Shown here: positions 19,765 to 30,915 of the stretch, piece by piece | How the letters are laid out: every line of letters starts with the position of its first letter | Numbering within the stretch: position 1 is the stretch's first letter | From: a virus | Lineage: Duplodnaviria > Caudoviricetes | Length of the DNA stretch: 64,000 nt | Virus record (IMG/VR): IMGVR_UViG_3300020157_000005 | Location: 1,769 to 65,768 of that record | Reading direction: 5' to 3' (one strand) | Notes under the pieces: model-generated | Database searches by the model: none | The model's input: the letters and a program-made list of their open reading frames with translations, nothing else | What the model was told of the DNA's origin: nothing | Position numbers and translations under genes: made by a program

Positions 19765-20916
19765 CTATGGTGTAACCTCTGTAGTCGTTGTAGTAGTCGT
19801 ACTCGATGTAGTGAACGTACTGGATGTTGTAGGTGTTACTACCTCATTATCCGGTGTACCTAAGAAGGCTGTCAGAATAGCCAGTGTACCTGCTTCTGAT
19901 GCATCCCCTGCAGGTATAGCCATACATACAGTCTCATCGTTCCTCATTACTCCTATATCAGCACCATTCCATTGTGGTTGCAGGAACTTGATATAGTACA
20001 GATCATAAGCCAGTGCACTGTCAATGTAAGTCATGTACTCACCATTGAAGTTCACATTGCTGAATATGTGCTTGTATTCAGACTGATAGCTGAAGAAGTC
20101 AAATTCCAACTGCCTAATCTCTGCTGGTGTATTGATAGGATATGAAGCCCTCTGGATAATGTTGGTAGTTGCTACTACATTACAGGCATCATCAACTTCA
20201 TAGTCTGTAGTCAGTTCCGGACCACTGCGAACATATGTCCAGAAGAACATACGATCAAACTGGTAAGGGAAGTTGGTAAGGTCAACCGATGTACCCTGCC
20301 CATAAACCTGTAGTGTATTACCAACGATCAATATCACTGTAGAGCTACCAGTACCATCAGTGCCCGCAGTTACGTACTGAGAGAGTATTACATCATCATT
20401 GATATTCTGAGCCAACTGTTGCATTACTGCCTGGTATGCTGCTCCTGAGATATCATCACAAGGGTTACTACCACAGTTACAACATGGTGTTGTTACCAGT
20501 ACAGAACGTGTCAAACTATTGGCATATGCTGCTCTAATGTAGAAACTATCCAGACGGAGAGTGATCGACACATCTTGGTTACATCCTACATTGAGGTTAG
20601 ATATCTGAGTGATCTGTACATTAGCTGACAGGTTACCGGGAACCTTATACCACTCCAGTACATTACGTGGATATATATCATCACTCCTACGTGTACCTTC
20701 ATCAGGTGAATATATGTTACGTGCCTGACACAGGTAGATGTACTTAGCATTACCCACATTAGCCACTGTAGCAGGGGTATTATCCGGAAGGAATATACCA
20801 AATTGTCCTGTGGTAGTACCTCCAGAGGCATACGTTGTCAGATTCTGTGTAGAACCTGTTGTAGGTAATGTGTTGTTCGTAGGTACAATGAACAAGGTGG
20901 TCAGATTGTTATCCAT
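19765..20916 (-). CDS. Putative auxiliary capsid/structural protein with Thr-rich tail
   Basis: Third gene downstream of MCP, as in crAss-like gene order; beta-rich; C-terminal TPTTSSTFTTSSTTTTTTT. Confidence 0.55.
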   Translation of the reverse strand: MDNNLTTLFIVPTNNTLPTTGSTQNLTTYASGGTTTGQFGIFLPDNTPATVANVGNAKYIYLCQARNIYSPDEGTRRSDDIYPRNVLEWYKVPGNLSANVQITQISNLNVGCNQDVSITLRLDSFYIRAAYANSLTRSVLVTTPCCNCGSNPCDDISGAAYQAVMQQLAQNINDDVILSQYVTAGTDGTGSSTVILIVGNTLQVYGQGTSVDLTNFPYQFDRMFFWTYVRSGPELTTDYEVDDACNVVATTNIIQRASYPINTPAEIRQLEFDFFSYQSEYKHIFSNVNFNGEYMTYIDSALAYDLYYIKFLQPQWNGADIGVMRNDETVCMAIPAGDASEAGTLAILTAFLGTPDNEVVTPTTSSTFTTSSTTTTTTTEVTP

Positions 20917-20948
20917 ATCTATGGTTTTATGTTGTTGTTATTTATTGG

Positions 20949-21677
20949 TTATTCTGCTTCTTTAGTTCTCATTCTGCTACTCTGTGACTGTTCCTGATTA
21001 CCTGTAGCATCTGCTATTTCCTCTACAGCTAATTCAATCAGCTCATTCTCTAAGTATGCTTCCAGTTCACAATCTACAGTAGTAGACGCTGTGTTATCCA
21101 GATGTATATAACCTGCTATATCCATATTTACAGGGTATCGTAGGTAACTTAGGAACAGGTTAGTGATGTTGAATGTATCTTCATCATCTCCATACACATA
21201 CAGGGTATCTGCTGATATGGAACCTATTGTCTCCTGGTACTGGAAGTAGGGTGTGTAATGTGGTGAATTCAGTTTCACCCGAACATCCTCATGTTTTACT
21301 ATCTCAATAACATCCAGTATATGCTGTTTGCAATTTCCTTTATTTGCTATACAGTAACTCTGTATCGGTACTATCATCCTATATTGGAGTGATGATAATG
21401 GTACTTTGTAACTATGTAGCAGATCTCCGGGAACCTTAGTGAGCCCTACTTCTTCATTAGGTACTACCAATATCTGTAGATCCTGGTATCTCTTAGTGAA
21501 GGCATCGAACCCTAACTGGTAGTTATTGTTAGTATCCAACTTCTTGAGTACCAACTTAGTCTGCGCTATATTAAGAACTTCGATCTTCGTATCATTAGGT
21601 ATATACTGCCCTCTCAGGTTACTGTTCCTGTTGAGCTTCATATCTATGTCATTCAACAGTTTTATTATTGGAATCAT
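20949..21677 (-). CDS. Head-tail ring protein (crAss-like conserved gene)
   Basis: LNIAQ..., GFD..KRYQDL, YLRYP, DCEL....ELIELAV motifs; synteny. Confidence 0.65.
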   Translation of the reverse strand: MIPIIKLLNDIDMKLNRNSNLRGQYIPNDTKIEVLNIAQTKLVLKKLDTNNNYQLGFDAFTKRYQDLQILVVPNEEVGLTKVPGDLLHSYKVPLSSLQYRMIVPIQSYCIANKGNCKQHILDVIEIVKHEDVRVKLNSPHYTPYFQYQETIGSISADTLYVYGDDEDTFNITNLFLSYLRYPVNMDIAGYIHLDNTASTTVDCELEAYLENELIELAVEEIADATGNQEQSQSSRMRTKEAE

Positions 21678-21692
21678 ATATACCTTACTCTA

Positions 21693-22826
21693 CTATTCTG
21701 TTTCTAACTCTGCTTCTCTTTTAGCCTTTTTAGCATCTCTTGCTTTCTTCAGTGCATCTGGCTTTTCTTCTGTAACTACTGGTTCATCTTCAGGTTCGTA
21801 AGATACTTCAGGGTTTATGAACCCTTGTATAGTACCTTTCATCTTTTTCTTATCAGCCACCTTGATCTCCAGAGCTCTTAACTCCATTGTCATACTGGGT
21901 AGTGATAATTTACTTACCATCTCATCCTGGCTGTTGTATATGAGTTGTTCCCCTTCATATATGAACCCTGACCTCTGTATGTACACTCTGAGTATCAATG
22001 CCTCTTTTACAAGGGTCTTAATATGTAATGTATCTGCAGATAATGCTGCTATACTGTTGAACAGTGTAACTGCTCTTTGTCCTTGGAACTCTCCGAATGT
22101 TACCTGACCACTTCTTATGAAGTTATCCAGCGCATTGTAGACAATCTGTTCCCGATCATTATCCCCTATAGGTAACCCGATCAACTTAGCAACTTTCTTC
22201 CTCTTTTCCAGTGACATCTTACTCATTTCGATCACAGCATTATTGGCTGCTCTCTTCTCACTGTAAATAGCTTCTGCTTCTGCTTCTGGATTATCTACAT
22301 AGAACTGTACAGTTGGTTTACACCGTCCTGCTTTCCAGTCCTCTATAGATGATGCTATCATACCTGTGTGTTGTATAGCATACCAGTATTCTACCTCTTT
22401 AAATGGTGAACCGAAGTTGAACACATTAGCACCATCTATTAACTTAATACGTGATGCCACTTCATGTGTATTCATCTTGCCGGTATCAAAGACTCCTGAA
22501 TAATATGGAGCCCGAGGACCGAGTCCTGTATACTCCCTGTTATTAGGATCTGAGAACAACCCTGTGGCTTTTTCTAATCTATCTCGTCTTGCTTTAACAA
22601 CATCCCTTTCTTGTTCCCGAAGTGCTGGTGAAGGTATCCTCATTATATAATCAGCATTTTCATCGAGTCCTGTAAGGTACTTTCCATTCATTCCACGTAT
22701 AGGTGGAAATCCTGCTCCGGTTCCTGGGTGTCTCATGCTACCTCTTTCTGCGAGTGCATTTTGCATTGACTTCTCTCCCTGCTTTGGTACTATGGGTAGA
22801 GGTAAGATTTTAGCTATCTTTGCCAT
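21693..22826 (-). CDS. Conserved protein immediately downstream of MCP
   Basis: GKYLTGLDENA motif; position next to MCP. Confidence 0.55.
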   Translation of the reverse strand: MAKIAKILPLPIVPKQGEKSMQNALAERGSMRHPGTGAGFPPIRGMNGKYLTGLDENADYIMRIPSPALREQERDVVKARRDRLEKATGLFSDPNNREYTGLGPRAPYYSGVFDTGKMNTHEVASRIKLIDGANVFNFGSPFKEVEYWYAIQHTGMIASSIEDWKAGRCKPTVQFYVDNPEAEAEAIYSEKRAANNAVIEMSKMSLEKRKKVAKLIGLPIGDNDREQIVYNALDNFIRSGQVTFGEFQGQRAVTLFNSIAALSADTLHIKTLVKEALILRVYIQRSGFIYEGEQLIYNSQDEMVSKLSLPSMTMELRALEIKVADKKKMKGTIQGFINPEVSYEPEDEPVVTEEKPDALKKARDAKKAKREAELETE

Positions 22827-22853
22827 ATAGTTACAATATGTAGTTGTATTGGT

Positions 22854-22879
22854 GGAGGGAGACTTAGGGTGCTCCCTCC
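22854..22879 (-). terminator. GC-rich hairpin after MCP
   Basis: GGAGGGAG/CTCCCTCC 8-bp stem; no U-tract on the coding strand, so possibly a stabiliser or attenuator. Confidence 0.5.
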
Positions 22880-22893
22880 TTTACCCTTTATCG

Positions 22894-24450
22894 TTAGAAC
22901 TGTGGAACCTGTTCGATCAACACTGTCCTTGTAATATCTTCGATGAATACATCATAACGGTCCTTGAACCACATCTTGTATCCTGGGAACATGTTAGCAG
23001 AACTCATACCTTGAGATGCTGCATGACCCATGTGATGGTAAGTACCATCAATATAACCCCATGTCATGGATGCTGCACCTTTAGGACGTACCTCACGCAC
23101 ATTGTCAGATGCCATTCCACCTTCCTTAGCAGATACATCGAATACCATGAATACCGGTGTGCTCTTCTTATTCCTACCGAACTCTGAGTTAGTCTGTGGT
23201 AGATCAAGTTCCATCAGGTGACATACTTCAATACGGCCTGTATCCATAGTCACCATAGAATCGAATGCCCAGTTGATAGTCATATGCTGACCACGACCTT
23301 CTATGAAACGCTCATCAGCTATGATAGTTAGACCTGCCTTCAGTAGATCATCTTTAGCTGCAGTACGGAATACTTCGATACCTGCTTCATTGGTGTACAT
23401 CTTAACCCTACGGTTCTTCATGTCTTCCCTACGATAGAACAGGTCACCGAACACATTACGTATAATGTTCACACTGAATTGTCCGTCATTATACTGCTCC
23501 AGGTTACCAAACTGACGCATCTGTGGATATACACCCATTGAGTGCTTGATCAGTTCCTGTGTATTACGATCACGAGATGTACCACCCTGTGACCATATCA
23601 TCTTGTTAACCTTCATTTCGAGCATCCTCTTACGAAGTTCCATCTCGATGAACGGCTCCCATGCTGTTACATATTTCTTCTCACCGTTCTCATTACGTAT
23701 TGCCTTAGAGTACATGATCAGATCAAGTGGATTACCATCCTTATCTGAGCCCATACCGTTAGCAACCTTAGTATCTGCCCATCCTGTAACACTATGTTCA
23801 ACACCGTTACCAGAGCTAAGTGACTGATACAGAGTGATCTCATCACCTAGTGAACCCAGACCGGAGAACTTCTCAGTGAATTCACCAGATGCATTATACA
23901 TGAACTGGAACTCACGACCTTCTACTATCCATGTAGGATCTACAGTAGTATAGAGAGGGTTGGTAGTTATCAGTACGAATGTATACAACCATGCTCGTCC
24001 ATAAGGTAATGGATCTTCCACCACCTTGAACTGCTGGCCATACATACGGTTGGCTGTTATCACATCGTTAATGAAGAACTCCTTCTTGTCGAATACAAGT
24101 TGGAATGTATGCCCATCTATACCTACATTAGTCTGAGCTGTTGTAGAATCTGGTATTTCAACCAGTGTTGGGAACTGGTAAGGTACAGATACCTTCCATT
24201 GCCAGTAGTCAGTAGCCCTATCTATGAAGTATGGCTTGGACTTCTGTATCATCTGCAGGAAGTCATTGCTATACAAGGACATCTGAGTGTAGAGGCTTAT
24301 AATCTTCTTATCATACATTGCTGGCTCTTTCGAGTGCAACATCTGAATGTGATTACTGTCGGTGAACTTACCGAGTGCTCGTTTGTTCATTGAACTGTAT
24401 CTGGTTGCAATGAACCCTGAATTCTGGCCAGGTATCTGTTGTAATGCCAT
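22894..24450 (-). CDS. Major capsid protein (HK97 fold, crAss-like)
   Basis: 518 aa; FTDSNH N-terminal motif, YWQWKV, GEFTE, KMYTNEAG; terL-portal-scaffold-MCP order. Confidence 0.85.
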   Translation of the reverse strand: MALQQIPGQNSGFIATRYSSMNKRALGKFTDSNHIQMLHSKEPAMYDKKIISLYTQMSLYSNDFLQMIQKSKPYFIDRATDYWQWKVSVPYQFPTLVEIPDSTTAQTNVGIDGHTFQLVFDKKEFFINDVITANRMYGQQFKVVEDPLPYGRAWLYTFVLITTNPLYTTVDPTWIVEGREFQFMYNASGEFTEKFSGLGSLGDEITLYQSLSSGNGVEHSVTGWADTKVANGMGSDKDGNPLDLIMYSKAIRNENGEKKYVTAWEPFIEMELRKRMLEMKVNKMIWSQGGTSRDRNTQELIKHSMGVYPQMRQFGNLEQYNDGQFSVNIIRNVFGDLFYRREDMKNRRVKMYTNEAGIEVFRTAAKDDLLKAGLTIIADERFIEGRGQHMTINWAFDSMVTMDTGRIEVCHLMELDLPQTNSEFGRNKKSTPVFMVFDVSAKEGGMASDNVREVRPKGAASMTWGYIDGTYHHMGHAASQGMSSANMFPGYKMWFKDRYDVFIEDITRTVLIEQVPQF

Positions 24451-24492
24451 TTCTTATGTTTTATAGTTTGTAACTATTATATTATGTATTCT

Positions 24493-25737
24493 CTATTCTA
24501 CGCTTTTCCAGAAGTCTGTGTCCTCATCTGCAGTTGCTTTAGTTCCTTTGGAGGACTTAGCACTCTTGCTCTTCACCCAGTTGAACACTTCATTACTCTC
24601 TTTTGACACTGCTTTCTTTCCTATTGGTCCGAAGTCTAACTTCAGTGGTTTACCTGGTTGCCAGTCATCTCCCATAGATCTCCGTATCAGTGCAGCCAAC
24701 TTCAGCTTCTCTGTATGGTTACCTGGACGGTTGAGTTCTAGTAGTGCACATTCGTAATCTGTTATCAAATTACCATCTTGCATCTTCCAGGTCTTCTTTT
24801 CTACAGTGTCAATGATCTTCGGTATATCTTCCCGGGTTACTGGTATCCCATCCAGTTCTTGTTTCTTCAGAGCTTCCGTCATTATATTACGAATGTTCTG
24901 TGCCTCTTGTTGAACCTGTACTTTCTTTTGTTCGTTCCTAACCTTAGTCTCTTCCTGCATCCGACTTAGTTTCTGTTCTTCAGTCTTTACCAGTGCTTTG
25001 TGGTACCTTGTTGCAGTTGTCTCCAGATCGCTATTTAGTTCGAGTTTCTTTAGTTCTTCCTTTATGTCTGAGTCATCCCATCCCTGATTCTTCAGTGATG
25101 TCTGGATCACTCTCTTCTGGTTGTCCTCATCTGTTATGTCCATATCCTTGAATGTGGATACTTCCATGTACTTAAAGAGATACTCCCTGGGGTCTACCCC
25201 ATCTACAAATATGGCATTGAATGCATCCCGAAAGTCTTCGCCATGTCTACCGGCAAAGTTATATACCAGTTCTTCAGCTACTCTTCGTTTCTCATCATTG
25301 AACTTCTCGATGAACTCATCAGTAGTTTCAGGTGCTTCCTCTTCATCATCGTACTTATTAAATATTCCTACTTTATATAAGTCCTGTGCGAGTTGGGTTA
25401 TACCATCCACTTCCTCTGTATCTTCTGCTTCCTGATCTGTTGCCTTAGAGTCCTTTGTAGGTTTCTTACCCTCTTCACCTTCTATGAATGCTTTATGTTC
25501 TTCCTCTTCTTTCAACCTTGCTTCTTCAGCTATTCGTTGTGCTTCTGCCTTTTTATCAGCATCTGTTGACCGGTTATCATCTGCTGCTTTATCTGCAGGT
25601 GTAGCTGGTTTAATATCTTTAGCCGGAGGTGGGGTCTTAGAGACTGGCTCATCATTCATGTAGGATTCGAACTCCTTAACATCTGTTTCAGTATCTGTTG
25701 CGAAGATATCTTCGTCATCAAAGAAATTGTCTGCCAT
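24493..25737 (-). CDS. Acidic scaffold-like protein
   Basis: Very D/E-rich, helical, located between portal and MCP. Confidence 0.6.
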   Translation of the reverse strand: MADNFFDDEDIFATDTETDVKEFESYMNDEPVSKTPPPAKDIKPATPADKAADDNRSTDADKKAEAQRIAEEARLKEEEEHKAFIEGEEGKKPTKDSKATDQEAEDTEEVDGITQLAQDLYKVGIFNKYDDEEEAPETTDEFIEKFNDEKRRVAEELVYNFAGRHGEDFRDAFNAIFVDGVDPREYLFKYMEVSTFKDMDITDEDNQKRVIQTSLKNQGWDDSDIKEELKKLELNSDLETTATRYHKALVKTEEQKLSRMQEETKVRNEQKKVQVQQEAQNIRNIMTEALKKQELDGIPVTREDIPKIIDTVEKKTWKMQDGNLITDYECALLELNRPGNHTEKLKLAALIRRSMGDDWQPGKPLKLDFGPIGKKAVSKESNEVFNWVKSKSAKSSKGTKATADEDTDFWKSVE

Positions 25738-25842
25738 ATGTAGTTGTATTGTTCTTGTTGTAAAGTTATTTAACCTTTTTGATTCTACAACTTAGTTAGT
25801 TAGATATAGAATGCGGTTTAGGTCATTACGTTATATATCTAA

Positions 25843-28509
25843 CTACTTTGATGTTGCTTTCTTCTTCTGTTCCTTGATCTGCTCCCTTGTTATTTTATTG
25901 CGATCTTCTTCAAGGTCTAGCTTCCTATCTTTCCTATTACCATCCTGTTCCTGGTTAGCTTGAGCCATTTCCATTTTCTTCTTTTCCATCTGCATACGTA
26001 TCTGCTCTATATCCCGTTTGTATATGGATTCTTGTTGCTTTTGTTGATTAGCCAATATGTCCAGCATATCAGGCTGATCAGTACTCTGAGAGTCTTTTGC
26101 TATTTGTATACGCTCTTTCATCTGAGCCACAGTTATTTCTGTATTAGCCTGTGTGTCTATTTTGTATACCTGTATTTGTATATCATCCTGATGGTGTTGT
26201 TCCTCCTGTGCCAGTTCTTTTTCTTTCTGCTGTTGTTCAGCTTGTTGAGCTTGTTGCTGCATCTGCTGATTTTGTTGAGCCATCTGATCCTGTTTCTCTT
26301 TGAGTTTCTTTAGCATGTCCATTTTCTTTCGTACAGATGTAGTCTCTAACATCTGTGCCACTTCATAGAATGATACTCCATTTTGTAATGCAGCCTGTGT
26401 TAGTTCTTCTACTTTGTTGTAGAACCTTTGATCCTCAGCTCTGTTACTCATAAACAACTTGATGTCTCGATTCTTCAATGCACTAGCTGTCTGTATCTTA
26501 CAGAATACATTACCTCCAGAACTGTCTATGAAACTGAGGGTGCTCTCTGGTTTCCTACATTCTATGTACTGTGCTATATCCAGTATGCACTGTAGCTCCA
26601 TATTCTCCAAGTACTCCTGTTGTACAAAGTATGGCTCAGTCTGGGCATAACTCTGTGATACTGCAGTGTTAGTACCTGTAGCTGTTTCTGATGCCTGTAT
26701 ACTACCTAGTCTCTGCTTTGTTAACCCTATAAGCTCCCAACATTCTGCCTTGATCCATGCCATCAGTTCCATGCGCATTCTCATCTGATCTGAGAGTGTC
26801 ATATCCACTACAGTCCAGTTGTTGAATGATGATGGCTTCTTCAGGTTATCAGGACTATCATCTACCCATATAACACCTTCTTCAATGAACTGATCCATCC
26901 ACATCTGTTGAGAGTCTGCATAGTCTCCACCTTTCTGTAATGGTACATGCCTACGAGATGCTAGGAACCCTTTACCTTTCTCCTTCTCTAGTAATCTGTA
27001 GAGTTGGTTAGCACACACATTATACAGTGTCTGCAGTGGTTTCATAAGGTCTACTAACGATACTGATATAGTGTTCTCTATCTCATGTATAACACCTACT
27101 ATAGGACAGTAGTCTATAATCTCCAGAGGGTTAACATAGTAGATGTCATCCCCTATCTTTAAACCCTTATACCATTGATTTTCCCATTTCCATTCTATTG
27201 ACAGTTCTTGGGGATGCATACCGTCTTTATAATTATCATCTACCATGACAGACTGCTCTGTACCGTCTTTATCAATATAGGTTAACAGCCCCACTTTCCT
27301 TTTGCTTTTCCAGTATGATGTAGTTACTACAAACCTATTACCAAATGTACCTACAGATGGTGCAGCATTACCGAGTAAGCCGTTGATATCCTGCCGATTT
27401 TCATTACCCATTTCAGCCTCCATACGGTTCCTTTCATTGAGCACTAACTGATCATAGGGATTGTATTTTATACTCTCTATACCCGTATCATTAGTATACA
27501 GGTTACTGAGTCTGGAGTATGGGAAGAAGGCCATCATAGCATACTTCCTGAGATGCTCTATCTCATCTTCTGTAAGATCATACTTATCTATAATCTCTGA
27601 TAGCTCCATGATCTCTATAATACCTGCAGCATATGCATCTTTGATGTACTTCTTATCCGGTGTAGTAAGCCACCATACATTCTTTGGATTTACTTTTTCT
27701 GCCTTGAACCCTGTCTTGTCTTTGGTCTCATAGTTGTGAAAGAACTCCCGATTACAGATAAGTAGGTCACGGAACCCATTCTCAAACATCTCTTTGGTAT
27801 TAAACTCTACCTTCAGAGCATGTATCATGTTAGCTGCCCATAACTCACCTTGTGATGAATAGGTACTCATGTACTCTTTCATCTTCTCTTGGGTCATCTG
27901 TTCTACCTGCTGTTGCATCTGTTCTGGAGGTATCTGTTGTCCCTTTTCCTTCAGATCAGCCATTACCTGCTGGTTCACTTCCTGGAATACATACTGCAGG
28001 TACAGTTTAGTATAAAATGACTGTTCCTCCCCTTGTGATTCAGCATCTACGGCTTTGGGTCTGGATACATCAGGTCTTTTACTTTTCTCTCCTACCATAG
28101 AGTTGATAGGAGGATTGAGTATAGGATAGTGTTGTACATAAGAGGGGAGTTCAACGTCTTTCATTAGTTCATCCATGAATGACATTATAGGACCTTCAGC
28201 ATAGAAGTCTGCTGGAGTCAATCGCCCTTTTATCAATTCATAGTTGCGAACTATCTTACTTACCTGGTTATTGTATTGTGAGAGAGCTACAGTGTAGAAG
28301 TAGTCCATATTCACCTTCATCCACCCTTCTGACTTCTTAGTGTTCTTACTCACATGTTGTCTAGGCATCGGTAATACATTTCCCTCCTGGTCTACTACAT
28401 TACCTGTCTTATTAACAGGGAACCCTTCTTCAATAAATTGATCGGGGTATACGTTGAGCATTACTTCATAAGGGGCATTGTAATCGACAATATCACGTAT
28501 TATTGGCAT
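25843..28509 (-). CDS. Portal protein
   Basis: 888 aa after TerL; HYPILNPPINSMVGE, SLVDLMKPLQ, GLTKQRLG; Q-rich coiled-coil C-terminus. Confidence 0.9.
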   Translation of the reverse strand: MPIIRDIVDYNAPYEVMLNVYPDQFIEEGFPVNKTGNVVDQEGNVLPMPRQHVSKNTKKSEGWMKVNMDYFYTVALSQYNNQVSKIVRNYELIKGRLTPADFYAEGPIMSFMDELMKDVELPSYVQHYPILNPPINSMVGEKSKRPDVSRPKAVDAESQGEEQSFYTKLYLQYVFQEVNQQVMADLKEKGQQIPPEQMQQQVEQMTQEKMKEYMSTYSSQGELWAANMIHALKVEFNTKEMFENGFRDLLICNREFFHNYETKDKTGFKAEKVNPKNVWWLTTPDKKYIKDAYAAGIIEIMELSEIIDKYDLTEDEIEHLRKYAMMAFFPYSRLSNLYTNDTGIESIKYNPYDQLVLNERNRMEAEMGNENRQDINGLLGNAAPSVGTFGNRFVVTTSYWKSKRKVGLLTYIDKDGTEQSVMVDDNYKDGMHPQELSIEWKWENQWYKGLKIGDDIYYVNPLEIIDYCPIVGVIHEIENTISVSLVDLMKPLQTLYNVCANQLYRLLEKEKGKGFLASRRHVPLQKGGDYADSQQMWMDQFIEEGVIWVDDSPDNLKKPSSFNNWTVVDMTLSDQMRMRMELMAWIKAECWELIGLTKQRLGSIQASETATGTNTAVSQSYAQTEPYFVQQEYLENMELQCILDIAQYIECRKPESTLSFIDSSGGNVFCKIQTASALKNRDIKLFMSNRAEDQRFYNKVEELTQAALQNGVSFYEVAQMLETTSVRKKMDMLKKLKEKQDQMAQQNQQMQQQAQQAEQQQKEKELAQEEQHHQDDIQIQVYKIDTQANTEITVAQMKERIQIAKDSQSTDQPDMLDILANQQKQQESIYKRDIEQIRMQMEKKKMEMAQANQEQDGNRKDRKLDLEEDRNKITREQIKEQKKKATSK

Positions 28510-28524
28510 GTTAATATCTTTTAG

Positions 28525-30594
28525 TTACTTTAACAATCTGTGTATAGATAATTTACCTGGAGTATAGTGACCGACTTCCCTCAACATACTATTGCTCCTT
28601 CTTTTATTTCTATCAGGTACTTTGAACCTAGGGTCTTCCTCTTCTACAATCACTTGTATCTGTGCGGCATCCATCTTCCTTGCACATGTTATTGCCAGAG
28701 AGTAGGCTATTATTCTATCGAAGTTACCATCTTTATTCCACTTGATAACTTCCTCTAGTAACATCGGGTCATATATCTTGGATACCCCTAGTATATTTCT
28801 CTTTTCCTCTCCTGCAGCATTAACAGCAACTGCGAAGAACTCCTCCATGTATTGTTTCAGGTTACCGAATGCCATCTCACGTATCTTCAGATTGGCCATA
28901 CTCATACCCTTTGGTCTCAGCAATGTACTGGATGTAGGAGCTACTTCACGTAACCAGTCTGGAGTATCCATCATCCTGTGACTATCCCCCTTGGCTATCA
29001 TGTACTCTATGAATCCGTATTCATCATTTTCACAGAGACATTGAGCATTGTAGTATCGTATTAGTTTCCTTGCAGTTTCATTCCATTGTGTCTTGGTATC
29101 TGGTCTGGCTGTATACCATGCTACCGGCATATCCTGGAAGCTATCAGCTAATACATCATACATCCTTTTGAATATAACTACAGAACCATTGGAGTCTGAA
29201 TTCTCTGTAGGTTTCTCATGTCTGAACGGGTCAGCTCCTGATACATATAATCCATATGGAGGATCTGGTATAGGGTGTTCTATAATGACTACCGGTGCGT
29301 CTCTACTCTCATTCGGTTTACCTGGGAATGTTGATATAGGTAGCTTGGTGGATGTCTTGCTAATTACTTTATCACCCTCATACTCCAAGTCAACATACAT
29401 ACCAATACGTAACCCAGGGAACTGTACCTCTAGTCTATCTTTTTGTTGTCTGGCTATTTCTGTATTGAAGAAGTTATCAGCAGATGATAGGAAACATTCC
29501 TGTGGAGTTAATGGGAAATACATGATCTCCTTCAGATACTCTGTCTGATCGGGGTCTAATGCCTTCAGTGCTCTATCTGCTTTTATCTTGTCGAGAGCCT
29601 TCAACTTATCAGCTACCTGCATAGGAACCTTGCGTAGTTCCGGGTACTCTCCTTCAGGTATCTTACCTTCTGCTATTAGGTAGTCTGCAAGGTTGCTATC
29701 CACCTTACAGTCGTACCTGTATATACCTGATATGAATAGACAGGTTCTCTTTCCGGTATCTTGATCTGTAAATGCTAGGAAGTTATTACCATCAGGGTTA
29801 TAGAAGAACCTTTCAGCATCTGCTCCTTTCTCAAATGCTCCACCGGTACCTACTATTATCGGAATAGCCCTCCATCCGAACTCTGACATGAATGCCGGTT
29901 TAGCAGCAGCAAATGCTTGACCGAATGGAAACTTACCGCACTCATCAATTATGAACGACTTGGCTGTTACACCTGCAGGTCCCTCTGTGTTCTGTCCACC
30001 GGCTACATTCCTTATTACCAGGAATGACCATACTTCATCATCGTTATCCTTTGCTTTGTACCCTAATCGTACCATGGACTTTCTCCAGTCCTTGTCTAAC
30101 CTAGGTATCTTGATAATATCATGAAGTTCCCTAATACCGAAGTCGATCTTTTCCTTGATCAAAGTAAGGTCATCATCATTACCACCTACTATAACATTCT
30201 GAGAGTTCTTGAACATTGTTCCATTGTAACCAATAGTAGATGCTTCAAACTCACTCTTTCCTCCCTGTCTTCCACCTATCTCCATGTACCCCTTCTTCTG
30301 ACGTTTACACTCCTCGAATGCATCAGCTCTCACCCATTCGTTATCCCGGAGATGAGGCAACTGTTCCTGACGTACTATATTCTTATACTCATCTACATAG
30401 TTGGTACGTATTTTCCAGTGGTTCAGATGCCAGTATAACCAACCGGATATATATACCCCATCAACAGTTATACCTCCCAGGCACCGGTTACGTTCTCTAT
30501 CTCGTAGAGTCTTACGTTCTGGTGTTCCTTTGGGAGGTATTTGATCAGGTGTTATGTTCCTGAACCAGTCCTTGTATTTTACTTCTTCTATCAT
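28525..30594 (-). CDS. terL: Terminase large subunit
   Basis: GRQGGKS Walker A, IIDECG Walker B, GTGG motif III, RNase H-like YVSGADP and NFDR. Confidence 0.93.
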   Translation of the reverse strand: MIEEVKYKDWFRNITPDQIPPKGTPERKTLRDRERNRCLGGITVDGVYISGWLYWHLNHWKIRTNYVDEYKNIVRQEQLPHLRDNEWVRADAFEECKRQKKGYMEIGGRQGGKSEFEASTIGYNGTMFKNSQNVIVGGNDDDLTLIKEKIDFGIRELHDIIKIPRLDKDWRKSMVRLGYKAKDNDDEVWSFLVIRNVAGGQNTEGPAGVTAKSFIIDECGKFPFGQAFAAAKPAFMSEFGWRAIPIIVGTGGAFEKGADAERFFYNPDGNNFLAFTDQDTGKRTCLFISGIYRYDCKVDSNLADYLIAEGKIPEGEYPELRKVPMQVADKLKALDKIKADRALKALDPDQTEYLKEIMYFPLTPQECFLSSADNFFNTEIARQQKDRLEVQFPGLRIGMYVDLEYEGDKVISKTSTKLPISTFPGKPNESRDAPVVIIEHPIPDPPYGLYVSGADPFRHEKPTENSDSNGSVVIFKRMYDVLADSFQDMPVAWYTARPDTKTQWNETARKLIRYYNAQCLCENDEYGFIEYMIAKGDSHRMMDTPDWLREVAPTSSTLLRPKGMSMANLKIREMAFGNLKQYMEEFFAVAVNAAGEEKRNILGVSKIYDPMLLEEVIKWNKDGNFDRIIAYSLAITCARKMDAAQIQVIVEEEDPRFKVPDRNKRRSNSMLREVGHYTPGKLSIHRLLK

Positions 30595-30914
30595 TAGTCT
30601 GACATTGCTTCAGGTATTTCCATTCCTCCTTTCACTGACTTCTTCTTGATCTCGTCTGCAGCTCTTAGTCTTTCAACTACTTCAGCCATTGCCAGGTACT
30701 CCTTTAGTGTGTCCCGGTGTGCTTTCTGAATAGCCTCTTTAGTCTGCACTGTTGTCATAAATGAACCACCAGTCTTCTTATTCATCTGCATCTCTTTACG
30801 ATCTACTATAGTCTCGTATGGATTACTAATTAGCCAGTTCTTCCAAGATGCCAGTTGCTGTTCTGCAAACTCCAACTCTGCTGTAATGTATATGTTTTTC
30901 TTTGCTACTGCCAT
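30594..30914 (-). CDS. Hypothetical protein, candidate terminase small subunit
   Basis: Small helical protein translationally coupled upstream of terL. Confidence 0.4.
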   Translation of the reverse strand: MAVAKKNIYITAELEFAEQQLASWKNWLISNPYETIVDRKEMQMNKKTGGSFMTTVQTKEAIQKAHRDTLKEYLAMAEVVERLRAADEIKKKSVKGGMEIPEAMSD

Positions 30915-30915
30915 A